Source: Mobula hypostoma (lineage: Eukaryota). Taken from it: a stretch of DNA of 64,000 nt. Shown here piece after piece: positions 37,321 through 48,567 of the stretch. The stretch spans positions 9,426,001-9,490,000 of the forward strand of contig NC_086101.1 of the NCBI RefSeq assembly GCF_963921235.1, written 5' to 3'. Both the position numbers and the translations under genes were made by a program. The notes beneath the pieces were generated by a model. It did not search any database, had not been told where the DNA came from, and worked only from the letters and a program-made list of their open reading frames with translations. The stretch's first letter is position 1. Every line of letters begins with the position of its first letter.

Positions 37321-37959
37321 TCTTGACCCACACTGGGAAACCCTGTCTTCCTAAAATGCAGTGAGTAGAATTGGAGTTCAGTCTCTATCGCCCAGCTGCG
37401 GAGACATTCCCATTGTTTGTAATTTCCCCTGCCAGAGTTTCTGTTCACAGCTTTTGCTCTCAGCTTTGCTTCCTTGTTCACCTGTCCTCTCTTTCAGAAG
37501 AAATATGACTCACCAGTCTCCCCCAACCCCTCACACATAGCGCTAATCTATTTTTCTCCTGTTCTCTGTCTCACCTAATAACTTGACATTCTAGTTGTTC
37601 ATCATTACAACTTCTTGTGTGGGTTAAGTCTGGTAACACACAACAGTAATTCTATCCCATTGCCTTCTCATTCTGAAACTTGACTTCCTTCAGAACCTGT
37701 TGACCTAAATCTGCTCTTCACGCTTTGACAGCCCGTTTCAAGTCAGCTGCTGAACACGTTTCTTTTCAAAGTGTTTTACTGTTGTACTCCAGGGATGATC
37801 GATTCCCTCGCCTGGCCCATTTTGTCTGTCATCCTTCACTCCTGGGTCGGGTGGCTTGACGATCAGCTTAGCGGGGGAAACTCTGGGACGATGATATTGC
37901 CAAGAATTTGAAGTCTTGTCCAATCCAGAGGGGGTAAGGAAGGCAGTTGTCCTCCCTGA

Positions 37960-38278
37960 ACAACGTTTGTGAATGTAAATTGGCTTTTCTTGTCACATTG
38001 AAACATACAGTGAATTGGGCTGTTTGTGTCAATCACCAACACATTCTGTGTGCTCAGGCCAAGAGTCACCACAATTCTGGCACCAAGATAGCACGCCCAC
38101 AACTTACTGACCCTAACCCACACATCTTTGGAGTGTGGGAGGAAACCGGAGCATCCAGAGGAAACACACACAGTCACAGGAAGAATCTACAAACTCCTTA
38201 CAGACAGCAGCGGGAATTGACCCCGGGCCACTGGCTCTGTAATAGCGTTACACTTACTGCTGGGCTACCGTGACACCC
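37960..38278 (-). mobile_element. V-SINE
   Basis: Minus strand has a tRNA-like head and GTTTCCTCTGGATGCTCCGGTTTCCTCCCACA V-domain. Confidence 0.7.
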
Positions 38279-38829
38279 GAATTGGGTGGGTTTTCACAAC
38301 AATCCTGTAAAAATGTCACCATTAGCGATGCTAGTATTTACTTAAGGCTAGGTTTAGTTGATATTACATCCTTAGTCAATAGTGAAAAGGTTCGAGCTCT
38401 TGTGTCAGGTTTAACTGGCCAAATATCTTTTTCCCAGGACTGGAGACTGAAGGACTAATTGGTATGAAGTGAGTTAACAGGAATCTGAGGCCAATGTTTT
38501 CACCTGGAGAGTGGTCAGCATAAGTCATAGGAAGTATTTCCCAGGGCAGCAATGGCTAATACCAGGGGGCATCATTTTCAGGAGAATGGAGGAAGGTCTG
38601 GGGGGTTGTCAGAGGTAGATTACTACACAGAGGTTGGTGGGCACGCAGAACGCTCTGGAAGAGTGGTGATAGAGGCAGATACTTTCGGGGCATTGAAGAT
38701 ACTCAGACAAGCACGTGGATGAAAGAAAAGTGGAGAGCTATGTGGAAGGGAAGGGTTATGTTTATCGTAGAGCAGGTTAAAATGTCAGCACTGCATCATT
38801 AGTCGAAGAGTCTGTACGGTGTTGTATTT

Positions 38830-39030
38830 ATGGAGAGGAATGAAGAGTCGATATTTTGGGCCGAGACCCTTCGTCAGTATTTCAGATTATCGCATCCTGA
38901 TGGATGGTCTCGACCTGAGAAGCTGACTCTTCATTTGTCTCCATAGATGCTGCCTGACCTGCTGAGTTCCTCCGTCTTTTTGTGAGTTTTACTCTGGATT
39001 TCCAGTATCTGCAGAATCTTGTGTGTTCAT
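38830..39030. mobile_element. Short degenerate inverted Penelope pLTR remnant
   Basis: GGGCCGAGACCCTTCGTCAG (-) followed by + strand ..ATAGATGCTGCCTGACCTGCTGAGTTCCTCC.. tail. Confidence 0.6.
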
Positions 39031-39139
39031 ACATAACAAGCTGAAAACAACCAAAATGGCTCTTTTGTTTGGTGTTGTTTCTGTGATTAACATTGGCCAG
39101 GATGTTGGGGATGGCCCTGTATTGCCCTCAATACCAGTA

Positions 39140-41575
39140 CTCAAAGTTCAGTAAAATTCATTGTCAAAGTACCTATTTGTTACCGTGTACTACCTTGAAA
39201 TTCTTTTTCATGCTGGCATTTACAGGGCAATAAAGAAAGCAATAGAATTTATGAAAACTGTACATAAACAGAGACTGACAATGAATCAATGTGCAAAAGA
39301 AGATAAATTGTTCAAATAAAGAAAAATATACTGAGAACATTACTTGCAAAGAGTTGTTGAAGGTGAGTCTGTAGGTTGTGGGATCGGTTCAGAGTTGTGG
39401 TGAGTGAGTTATCCACACCGGTTCAAGAGCCTGATGGTTGTAGGGTAACAGCTGTCCATGAACCTGGCGGTGTGGGACCTAAGGGTTCCGTATGTCCTGC
39501 TCGATGGGAGTGGAGAGAAGAGAGCATGGTGTGGATGGTTGGAGTCCTTGATGACGGTCGCTGCTATCTTGTGGCCAGGCTCCATGTAAATGGGCTCATC
39601 GCTGAGGATTAGAAAATTTGCAGACGATAGCAAGATTGGGGGTGTAGTGGATAGCAAGGGAGACTATCAGAGCTTGCTGTGGGATCTGGTCCAGCTGAAA
39701 ACTGGAAAATGGCAGATGGAATTTAATGTGGACAATTGCAAGATGTTGCACTTTGGTAGGACCTACCTGAGTGAGGAGTGCAGTAGAACAAAGAGATCTG
39801 GGAATACGGTCCAACATTCATTGAAAGTGGTGTCTCAGGTTGATCGGATGGTAAGGAAAGCTTTAGAGACATTGGCCTTCATAAACCAAAGTATAGATTA
39901 TAAGAGATGGGATGTTATGTTGAAGTTGTATCAGATGTTTAACGAGGCCTAATTTGGAGTATTGTGTGCAGTTTTTCCTACAGGAAAGGTGTAAATAAGG
40001 TTGAAAGGGTACAGAAAAAATTGACAAGGATATCGCTGGGACTGGAGACCCCAAGTTATAAGGAAAGGTTGAAAGACTTTATTCCGTGGAATGTAGAAGA
40101 TTGAGGGGAAATTTGATAGAGGTATACAGAAGCCTGAGTGGTATAGATAGGGTAAATGCAAGCAGGTTTTTTCCACTTTGGTTGGGTGGGATTACAACAA
40201 GGTCACTGGTAAGGGTGAAAGGTGGAAAGTTTAAGGGGAACATGAGGGGACACTTCTTCACTCAGGTTGTGAGAGTGTGGAACGAGCTGCCAGCGCAAGA
40301 GGTGCAAGCGAGCTCGATTTCAGGGTTTCAGGGAAGTTTGGATAGGTACGTGGATGGCAGGCGTATGGAGGGCTATGGTCCTGGTGCAGGGCAATAGGAG
40401 AAGCCATTTTGAATTCTCTCCACTCTTGGACTGTATTCTTTGGAGTTTAGAAGAATGAGGGGAGACCTCATAGAAACATTTCAAATGTTGAAAGGCATGG
40501 ACAGAGTGGATGTGGCAAAGTTGTTTCCCATGTTGGGGAAGTCTAGTCCGAGAGGGCATGACTTAAGGATTGAAAGGCGCCCATTCAGAACAGAAATGCG
40601 AAGAAATTTTTTTAACCAGAGGATGGTGAATCTATGGAATTTTTTGCCACGGGCAGCAGTGGAGGCCAAGTCATTGGGTGTATTTAAGGCAGAGATTGAT
40701 AGGTATCTGAGTAGCCAGGGCATCAAAGGTTATGGTGAGAAGGCGGGGGAGTGGGACTAAATGGGAGAATGGATCAGCTCATGATAAAATGGCGGAGCAA
40801 ACTCGATGGGCTGAATGGCTGACTTCTGCTCCTTTGTCTTATGGTCTTCTGGTCACATCTAAATAGCAGTCTTCCCGAAATTTCCTCAAAGAATTGCAGT
40901 AGGTTTGTCAGGCAGGATTTTCCTTTCAGGAAACGATGCTGGTTTTGGCCTACTTTGTCATGTGCCTCCAGGTACTCCGTAAACTCATTCCTAACAATCG
41001 ATTCCATCAACTTCCCAACCACTGATGTCAGGCTAACAGGCCTAGTTTCCCCTCTGCTGCCTCCCACCCTTCTTAAATAGCGGTGTAACATTTCCAATTT
41101 TGCAGTCATCGGGTACAATGGCAGAATCTATCTATTATTGAAAGAGCATTGTTAATGCCTCCGCATTCTCTCCAGCTACTTCCTTCAGAACCCGAGGGTG
41201 CATTCCATCAGGTCCAGGAGATTTATTCACCCTCAGACCATTAAGCTTTCTGAGCACCTTCTGAGTCGTAATTTTCACTGCACAAACTTCACTTCCGTGA
41301 CGCTCTTGAATGTTCGGTATACTGCAGATGTTGTCTTCCACTGTGAAGACTGTTGCAATATATGCATTCAGTTCCTCCGCCATCTCTGCATTTCTCATTA
41401 CAGTATCTCCAGCGTCATTTTGTATTGTTCCTATATCTACCCTTGACTCTCTTTTACCCTTTATATACTTTAAAAAAGCTTTTAGTATCTTCTTTGATAT
41501 TGGTCGACTGCTTCCTCTCAAAATGCATCTTTTCCTTCTGACAGTCCTTATTTTTCCTTCTGCAAGTTTTTAAAA
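39140..41575. mobile_element. Mosaic of a Rex1 3' end (-), CR1 3' ends (+, about 39600-40848) and a CR1 RT fragment (-, about 40865-41575)
   Basis: FADDSKIGG (39590-39952); 40440-40848 closely matches the young CR1 family; NKSPGPDGMHPR (41135-41521). Confidence 0.7.
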
Positions 41576-41920
41576 CACTTTGACCCACTACCGTCAGTAA
41601 TAGGTACAGGAGCAACAGGACGAGGACGGCCAGACTGGGTGACAGCCACTTCCCTCAGGCTGTGAGACTAATGAATACCCTGTCACCACCAAGGTCTCGT
41701 CACTAGGACAAAAAGTCATTTGCTGTTCACCTGTGCTGTGGTTTATTGCATGCATTTTAAATTAGATTTTATAAACTTCATTGTAATATAATATTTTGGT
41801 TAATGTGCTGTGTGTGACAATTGTTTTGTGGATGCAGCATGGTCTGGAAGAGTGTTATTTTGTTTGGTTGTATAGGTGTAAAGTCAGCTGATATGAAACT
41901 TGAACTTGAAATTGAAGGGA

Positions 41921-42420
41921 AATCCCAGACTTCTCTGGTCCCCTGAGGAGGAAGAGGCCCTGGGGCACTTTCTTGGCCGTATTCCCTGAACCACAAATAC
42001 CTTCTACTGATTTCATTCGGTTACAGAAGTTTTCTCAAGCTTGCTTCACCGTCTCTGGGGACTGAAATCTGGTTTGTCTGACTCTCCCAGCTACTGTCAG
42101 TCACCACAAGGGGGCGATGAGGGACCGTTCTGCACATTGTCACGTTGGATTCGGCTCGACAACAGCGGGTCTGGGAGGCGACCTTGAAGGGAAGCCCCCT
42201 CCGAGTCTGACTGTGTCTGGGGGTTGAGGAGGGGGTGTTGGGTTTGGACCACAGGAAGTCGGCAATAGCGAAGCACCCTTAGTAAGTCAAGCCTGTCAGT
42301 AGGAAACTGCTGATGATGGGTTCCCAAAGTGAGAGAACGAGACGCCGACAACTGCGGATGATCCTCTATGTAGATGATGCACAGGGCAATTACAGTAGAT
42401 AATTACAAATTCTGGTAATT
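41921..42420. promoter_or_regulatory. Non-coding module copy 1 with CTCF-type motif (42104-42116)
   Basis: Paralogous to about 62469-62968; CCACAAGGGGGCG lies inside a 30-bp identical block. Confidence 0.55.
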
Positions 42421-44092
42421 ACTCAACCTTCACTCTCCTCTCATTTTTCACTTCACGCACCTGAAAATTGACTGATTCCACAACCTAGGGACTCACTTTC
42501 AAGGAATCGACAACTCGTTCTCAGTGTTATTTATTACATATTTATTTATTAACAGTAATTGTTTCTTCTTGTAGTCACACAGTTTGTCTTCTGAACATTG
42601 ATTATATGTTGTTTGTTTGTGTGGAGTTTTTCATTGATTCTATTGTGTTTCTTTGTGTCTACTGTAAATGACTTCAAGAAAATGAATGTCAGGGTGATGA
42701 AAATGTACTTTGGTAATAGTTTTGCTTTGAACTGAGCTCCTCCAGCATGTTTTGTGTGTTGTCAGGATTTTCAGCATCTGCAAGATCTCAAGAACAATAA
42801 GACCATGAGGCACGGGCACAGAATGAGGCCATTCAGTCAATCGAGTCTGCTCTGCCTTTCGATGCTGATCCAGAAGAAATAAGCTGCAAGGCCTCAGGCC
42901 ACAAAGCCCTACAGAGGATAGTAAAGACTGTCAAGAGGATCACTGGGGTCTCCCCCTGCCGCCGGGTTGTTACATTTACTGGGAGGGTTGAATAGAAAGG
43001 GACCAAAGCATTGTTGAGGAACACCACCACCACAATCTCTTCGACCCACGACCACCAGGAAGAAGATGCAGGAGCATGAGGATAGAAATGTCAGAGCGGA
43101 TAACAATTTCTACCCTCAGTTTGTGAGACTAATGACGACCCTGCCACCACTAAGGTCTTGTCACTAGGACAGGGAGCTGTTCAGTATTTACCTGTGCTGC
43201 ACACTTGATATGCATTTTGAATGATCGTTTATTATCTTATTTGTGGTGGTAATATTTTGTTTTATGCGCTGTGTGTGATATATGTGTTGTGGGTGCTCCA
43301 TGGTCTGGAAGAACATTGATTCGTTTGTGTTTATGAACAGTCAGATGACAGTGAACTTGAACTTGAGCTTGATCATGGCCGATGTACTTTCCATCTCAAC
43401 CCCCGTTCTTCTGCCTTCCCCCAGTAAACCTGACAAGCTTGTTAACCTATTACCCTCTGCTCAAAATACACCCAACGGCTTGGCCTCCATAGGCATCTGG
43501 TCATAGACTCTCCCACTACAGGAAACATTCTGACGACGTTCACTCCACCTCGTCCTTTCAGTATTTGATAGGTTTCATTGGGATTCCCCTCCCTGCTCCA
43601 TTCCTCTGAAGCCCAGCAAGTAGATAACCTCTTCAGATATTAACGCCTTCATACCCTGCATCATTCTGATGAACCTCCTCTGGACCAACTCCAACACCAG
43701 TAGATCCTTTCTAAGATATGACACCTAAAACTGCTCCCAATACGCCAAATGTGGCCCGTCCAATGATTTATAAAAGTTTGTGGCGACCCACTTTCTAGCA
43801 CACACGAACCGGCACGCGCCGACAGAGGGCCGGCCCCAAAAAGTGCGCCAGGCCATCTTCACCATCGGGGGAAAAACCCGCGCGCAGGAAGGGTCAGCGA
43901 GTATACATTCCCCACAGCAGTCTCTCCCGGGGAGGGCGGGAACGGGAAGGCTTTAAAGGAGGCCGCGAAGTTTGAATAAATCTCTTTTATCGCAACTACA
44001 ACTCACCGACTATCTGTTGTTATTCAAGCGCTATGTGTAGCACACCGCTACATTTGGTGACCCCGACGGCCCAAACGATATTTGGACCAGAG

Positions 44093-44800
44093 ATGACCGA
44101 CGCCGCATTTGTTCATGCAGTTTCGTTAAAACTGCCAAGCTTCTGGACACTGCGACTACGCCTATGGTTTGAACAAGCAGAAGCCCAATTACACATTCGG
44201 CAGATAACCTCGAAGTTCACTCGCTACTACTACGTGCTGAGCTCCCTCGACCAGGAGACAGCTGCACAAGTTGAGGAGTTTATACTGTCGCCCCCAGAGG
44301 ACGGCAAATACACAGCATTCAAAGCCCTGCTCATAAGGACTTTCGGACTCTCACGGCACGAACGAGCACGCCGCTTAATGAACCTGGATGGTTTGGGAGA
44401 CAGGCCGCCGTTAGCATTAATGAACGAAATGCTGGCCCTGGCTGAAGGACACAAACCCTGCCTCATGTTTGAACAGGCGTTCCTAGAGCAACTGCCCGAA
44501 GACATAAGCCTGCTGCTGTCCGATGCAGATTTCAGCGACCCCCGGGAGGGGGCGGCCCGAGCAGATGTGCTGTGGAATGTCAGGAAAGAGAGGGGAGCGT
44601 CGTTGCACAGATCTCAAGCCGCGTACCCAACGGCAGACCAGACCAGGCCCAGCCCGGCAGCAGAGACTACAAAACCCGGCGACAGGAGTGAGGAGCCCAA
44701 CGAATAATGGTGCTTCTACCACCAGCGGTGGGGCACAAAGGCCCGCCGCTGTAGACCGCCCTGCAAATTTCCCGGGAAACGCCAGGGCCAGCCGCCGCTG
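44093..44800 (+). pseudogene. gag: Gypsy gag with premature stop; CHCC zinc motif
   Basis: KLPSFW..WFEQAEAQ; C-X2-H-X9-C-X3-C (CFYHQRWGTKARRCRPPC) at 44711-44764 after the TAA at 44705. Confidence 0.85.
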
Positions 44801-46525
44801 ATGGCTACAGCGGCTGGCCATCATGACAGCCTCCTGTATGTCTGGGACAAGCAGTCGGGGCGCCGCTTTTTGTTCGACACCGGAGAGGAGTTCAGCGTTT
44901 TACCTCCATCGAGTTACGACACCCGCAACAGAGAACCGGGACCCACCCTGAGGACCGCAAATGGCAGCAAAATACGGACGTACGGCACCCGCACGGTGCG
45001 GCTACAGTTCAGCTCCGGCCGGTTCACGTGGGACTTCACACTAGCCTCCGTGGCCCAACCACTCCTGGGGGGCGGATTTTCTGCGAGCTCACAGCCTGCT
45101 GGTCGACTTGCAAAGGAAGCGACTAGTCTACGCCAAGACTTTTCAAACGTTCTCCCTGGGTGAAGCACAGTTGCCAGCCCCACACCTGGACTCCATCACG
45201 CTGTCCTACGACGAATTCACCAGGGTCCTGGCGGATTTCCCATCAGTACTGACACCGCAGTTCACGGCAGCCATGCCCAGACACGGAGTACAGCACCGCA
45301 TCCCGACCCAGGGACCACCTCTCCACGCCCGTGCTCGAAGGCTTCCCCCGGACAAGCTCCGACTGGCGAAGGAGGAGTTCAGGAAGATGGAGGAATTGGG
45401 GATCTTACGACTGTCCGACAGCCCATGGGCCTCCCCGCTGCACATGGTGCCCAAGACAACGGGGGGCTGGAGACCATGCGGTGACTACCGCAGACTGAAC
45501 GAGGCTACAACGCCAGACCGCTATCTTTTGCCGCACCTTCAAGACTTTGCTGCAAATCTACACGGCGCAAGGATCTTTTCCAAGGTAGGCCACGTCCGGA
45601 GATACCGTCAAATCCCGGTACATCCAGACGACATCCTCAAAATGGCACTCATCACCCCGTTCAGCCTTTTCGAATTCCTCCGAATGCAGTTCGGCCTAAA
45701 GATTGCCGCACAGACGTTCCAGCGGCTAATGGACGCGGTGGGACGCGACCTGGACTTTGCATTCATCTATTTGGACGACATCCTCATAGCCAGCAGTAGT
45801 CGTCAGGAACATCTGTTCCACCTCCGCCAGCTCTACGCCCGACTGAGCGAATTCGGTCTTACAATCAACCCGGCCAAATGCCAGTTCGGACTCGACACCA
45901 TCGACTTCCTGGGCCACAGGATTAGTAAAGACGGGGCAACCCCGCTGCCCGCCAAGGTAGACGCGGTCCGCCACTTCCCCCGACCCAACACAATCAAAGG
46001 CTTGCAGGAATTCGTGGGTATGGTGAATTTCTACCACTGTTTCCTCCCCTCAGCAGCCCGAACCATGCGCCCCTTGTTCACTCTAATGTCGGGTAAGGGC
46101 AAGGACATTACCTGGAACGAAGAGGCCGCAAACGCTTTCGTTAAAACCAGAGAAGCCTTGACAAACGCCGCGATGCTAGTGCACCCCAGAACGGACGTTC
46201 CTACTGCCCTCGCGGTGGACGCATCCAACACAGCAGTCGGTGGAGTGCTGGAACAACTCATCGAGGGTCGCTGGCAACCCCTGGCGTTTTTTTTTAAATA
46301 TAATTTTTATTAAATTTTCAAAAAGAATACATGAAAAGATAAAATCTACCCACCCCCCTCCCCTTAACCCCCCCCCATATATATAGTTCTACCTAAAAGA
46401 AAGAAAGAGAAAAAAAAGAGCCGCCTGGGTATTGGAAGGTTTCCACACGCTCCATGGGATTCAAAATAACTTTGGTATAATTATTCGTTACTTTCCCCAA
46501 GTAACCAAATTCTTTGTCGGAGCAC

Positions 46526-46994
46526 TTAAATATGACATCCTATCTTTTGTAAATAAGGGCGCCAAATATTCAAGAATGTTACATAATTATCTCTTAAATT
46601 ATAAGTAATTTTTTCAAGTGGAATAGAACTAGCCATTTCATTATTCCAACGATCCATACTTAAATACGAATCAGATTTCCAAGTAACTGCTATAGTCTTC
46701 TTAGCTACTGCCAATGCAATTTTTATAAATTCTTTCAGATATTTATTCAATTTAAGTTTCGGTTTTATCCCTTCAATATCACCTAATAGAAATAATACAG
46801 GGTTATGTGGAACAACAACATTACCCACCCAATCTCTCTTTAGTTTCTGATGTTCTGTTTCTGTTAGGTGCGTTTCCTGTAAAAAAGCTAAATCTATCTT
46901 CATTTTTTTTAATATATGTTAAAATTCTTTTTCTTTTCACTGGTCCATTAAGCCCATTAACATCAAAACTCAAAAAATTCAATAAATTAGTCAT
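46526..46994 (-). pseudogene. L1 ORF2 remnant: APE N-terminus fused to the extreme C-terminus, no RT
   Basis: SFDVNGLNGPVKRK / FLQETHL..WVGNVV joined to PHNPVLFLLG..AKKTIAVTWK..LEKITY..IWRPY. Confidence 0.85.
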
Positions 46995-47553
46995 TATTCT
47001 TAACAAAGTTACTCCAATCTAAAACATTACTTATCTTCTCAACTCTCGTAGTACCTTGGGGAATCTCTTTAAACTTCACCATGATGCTATGTGTTCCCCC
47101 CGCCCCGCAACCTTCCAGGCAAAAAGAGAAAAAAAAGAAGAAAAAAAAGAAAAATACAAAATACCCCCCCCCCACTAATGTTGTGAATGAAAGATACACA
47201 ACACTACCCCCCTCCATTTTACGGGTCGCGGCAAAAGCCACGCTTGCACACATGATTAACGTAGCAATCGATCAGTGCTTCTTCCAGCTCGCCCGCAACA
47301 TAAAAAGTTATATATATATATAGACAAAATTAGTATTATTATTCCCAGCTAATTTCCTCCAGTATTAACCTTTCTTACCCCCCTCATATAATGAATACTA
47401 TATTTATACATTCATCCAGCTTCAAAAATCCAACAAATCCATTCTTAAACCCAATCTTCATCTTCAATCTATCTCTCTCTCTCCTGAGTTTGTTCTTGTA
47501 TCTGGTGAATATTCAGAGAATCTTGCACAAACTGCTCTGCTTTCTGGTAGTCA

Positions 47554-48567
47554 TCAAAAAAATCTTTTTTCTCCACCAGGCAAAAAAATCTTCAAAGTTG
47601 CAGGATAACACAGTATAAATTGATAACCATGCTCCCATAGGGTTTTTTCCACTGGATTAAACTTCTTCCTTTTCTTCAAAAGTTCGTAACTTATATCAGG
47701 GTAGAAAAAAACTCTTTTCCCTTTAATTATCAATGGCCCTTTTCTATCTTTGGCAGCTCGAACAGCTGCCTGTAGAATCCTTTCCTTGTCTTGAAATCTT
47801 AAGAATTTTATTAAAATCGATCGTGGATATTGGTCATCTTTTGGTTTTGGTCTTAAAGCTCTATGTGCCCGCTCAATTTCAATTGGTCGAACCTCCTCTC
47901 CTATTTGCAAAACCTCCGGGATCCATCTTTGAAAAAATTCTATTGGCTTTTCTCCTTCCATACCTTCTGTAAGACCAACAATTTTAATATTATTACGTCT
48001 ACTGAAATTTTCCAACATGTGCACTTTCTCCAAGAGTCGGTTTCTTTCCGAGTTCCAGACAAGCAAATCATTTCCTGTTTTTTCCACTCTATCATTCATA
48101 AGCCCCATTTCTCTTTCCATCTTCTGAAGCTTCTTTTCCATTTTGTCCTGTCTTTCCATAACTTTATTATAGCATCTCTTCGTATCTCTAAGCTCCTCTC
48201 TTACTTTCCTTAATTCAGCCGTATATTGCAATACAGCCTCTCTTATGTCTCTATCATCTCCTTTACTTCCACTCGCTTCCAATTCTTCCTCCTCTTCATC
48301 TGTGTTCTCTGCAGAATCCAGTTCTGACTCTGAGTCACTTTCAACTGCAGTGGGTGTCGGTTCTTGTAGTTTGCGTTGTGTCGATTTGCGCATGCGCATT
48401 TCCGTTGTCTTCTTCGGAGCAACCGTTGCCAACGCCATTGTTCCCTGTTCTACCGAAGGAGATCCAACCTGAGTCCGAGGCTCCATCGTTGCAGTAGGCC
48501 CTTTTTTCTTCCCGTCTCGCGGCTGCTTCGCAACAGCAGACTTCTTTTGTTGCGGTTTAGGAGGCAT
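47554..48567 (-). CDS. L1 ORF1p (coiled coil, RRM, CTD); probable frameshift near the C-terminus
   Basis: LENFSRRNNIKIVGL, IEIERAHR, FFYPDIS, YPATLKI motifs. Confidence 0.88.
   Translation of the reverse strand: MPPKPQQKKSAVAKQPRDGKKKGPTATMEPRTQVGSPSVEQGTMALATVAPKKTTEMRMRKSTQRKLQEPTPTAVESDSESELDSAENTDEEEEELEASGSKGDDRDIREAVLQYTAELRKVREELRDTKRCYNKVMERQDKMEKKLQKMEREMGLMNDRVEKTGNDLLVWNSERNRLLEKVHMLENFSRRNNIKIVGLTEGMEGEKPIEFFQRWIPEVLQIGEEVRPIEIERAHRALRPKPKDDQYPRSILIKFLRFQDKERILQAAVRAAKDRKGPLIIKGKRVFFYPDISYELLKKRKKFNPVEKTLWEHGYQFILCYPATLKIFLPGGEKRFF

Noticed and set aside
37731..37933. Possible exon (AG..GTAAGG) in unique sequence
   Set aside because: All three + strand frames contain stops, and minus-strand peptides resemble nothing I recognise
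42097..42351. Shared peptides (QTQSDSEGAS, LSSRI.RDN) with ORF 62558-62824 as a coding exon
   Set aside because: Conservation is at nucleotide level with no synonymous pattern, and a 2-nt spacer difference breaks the frame between copies
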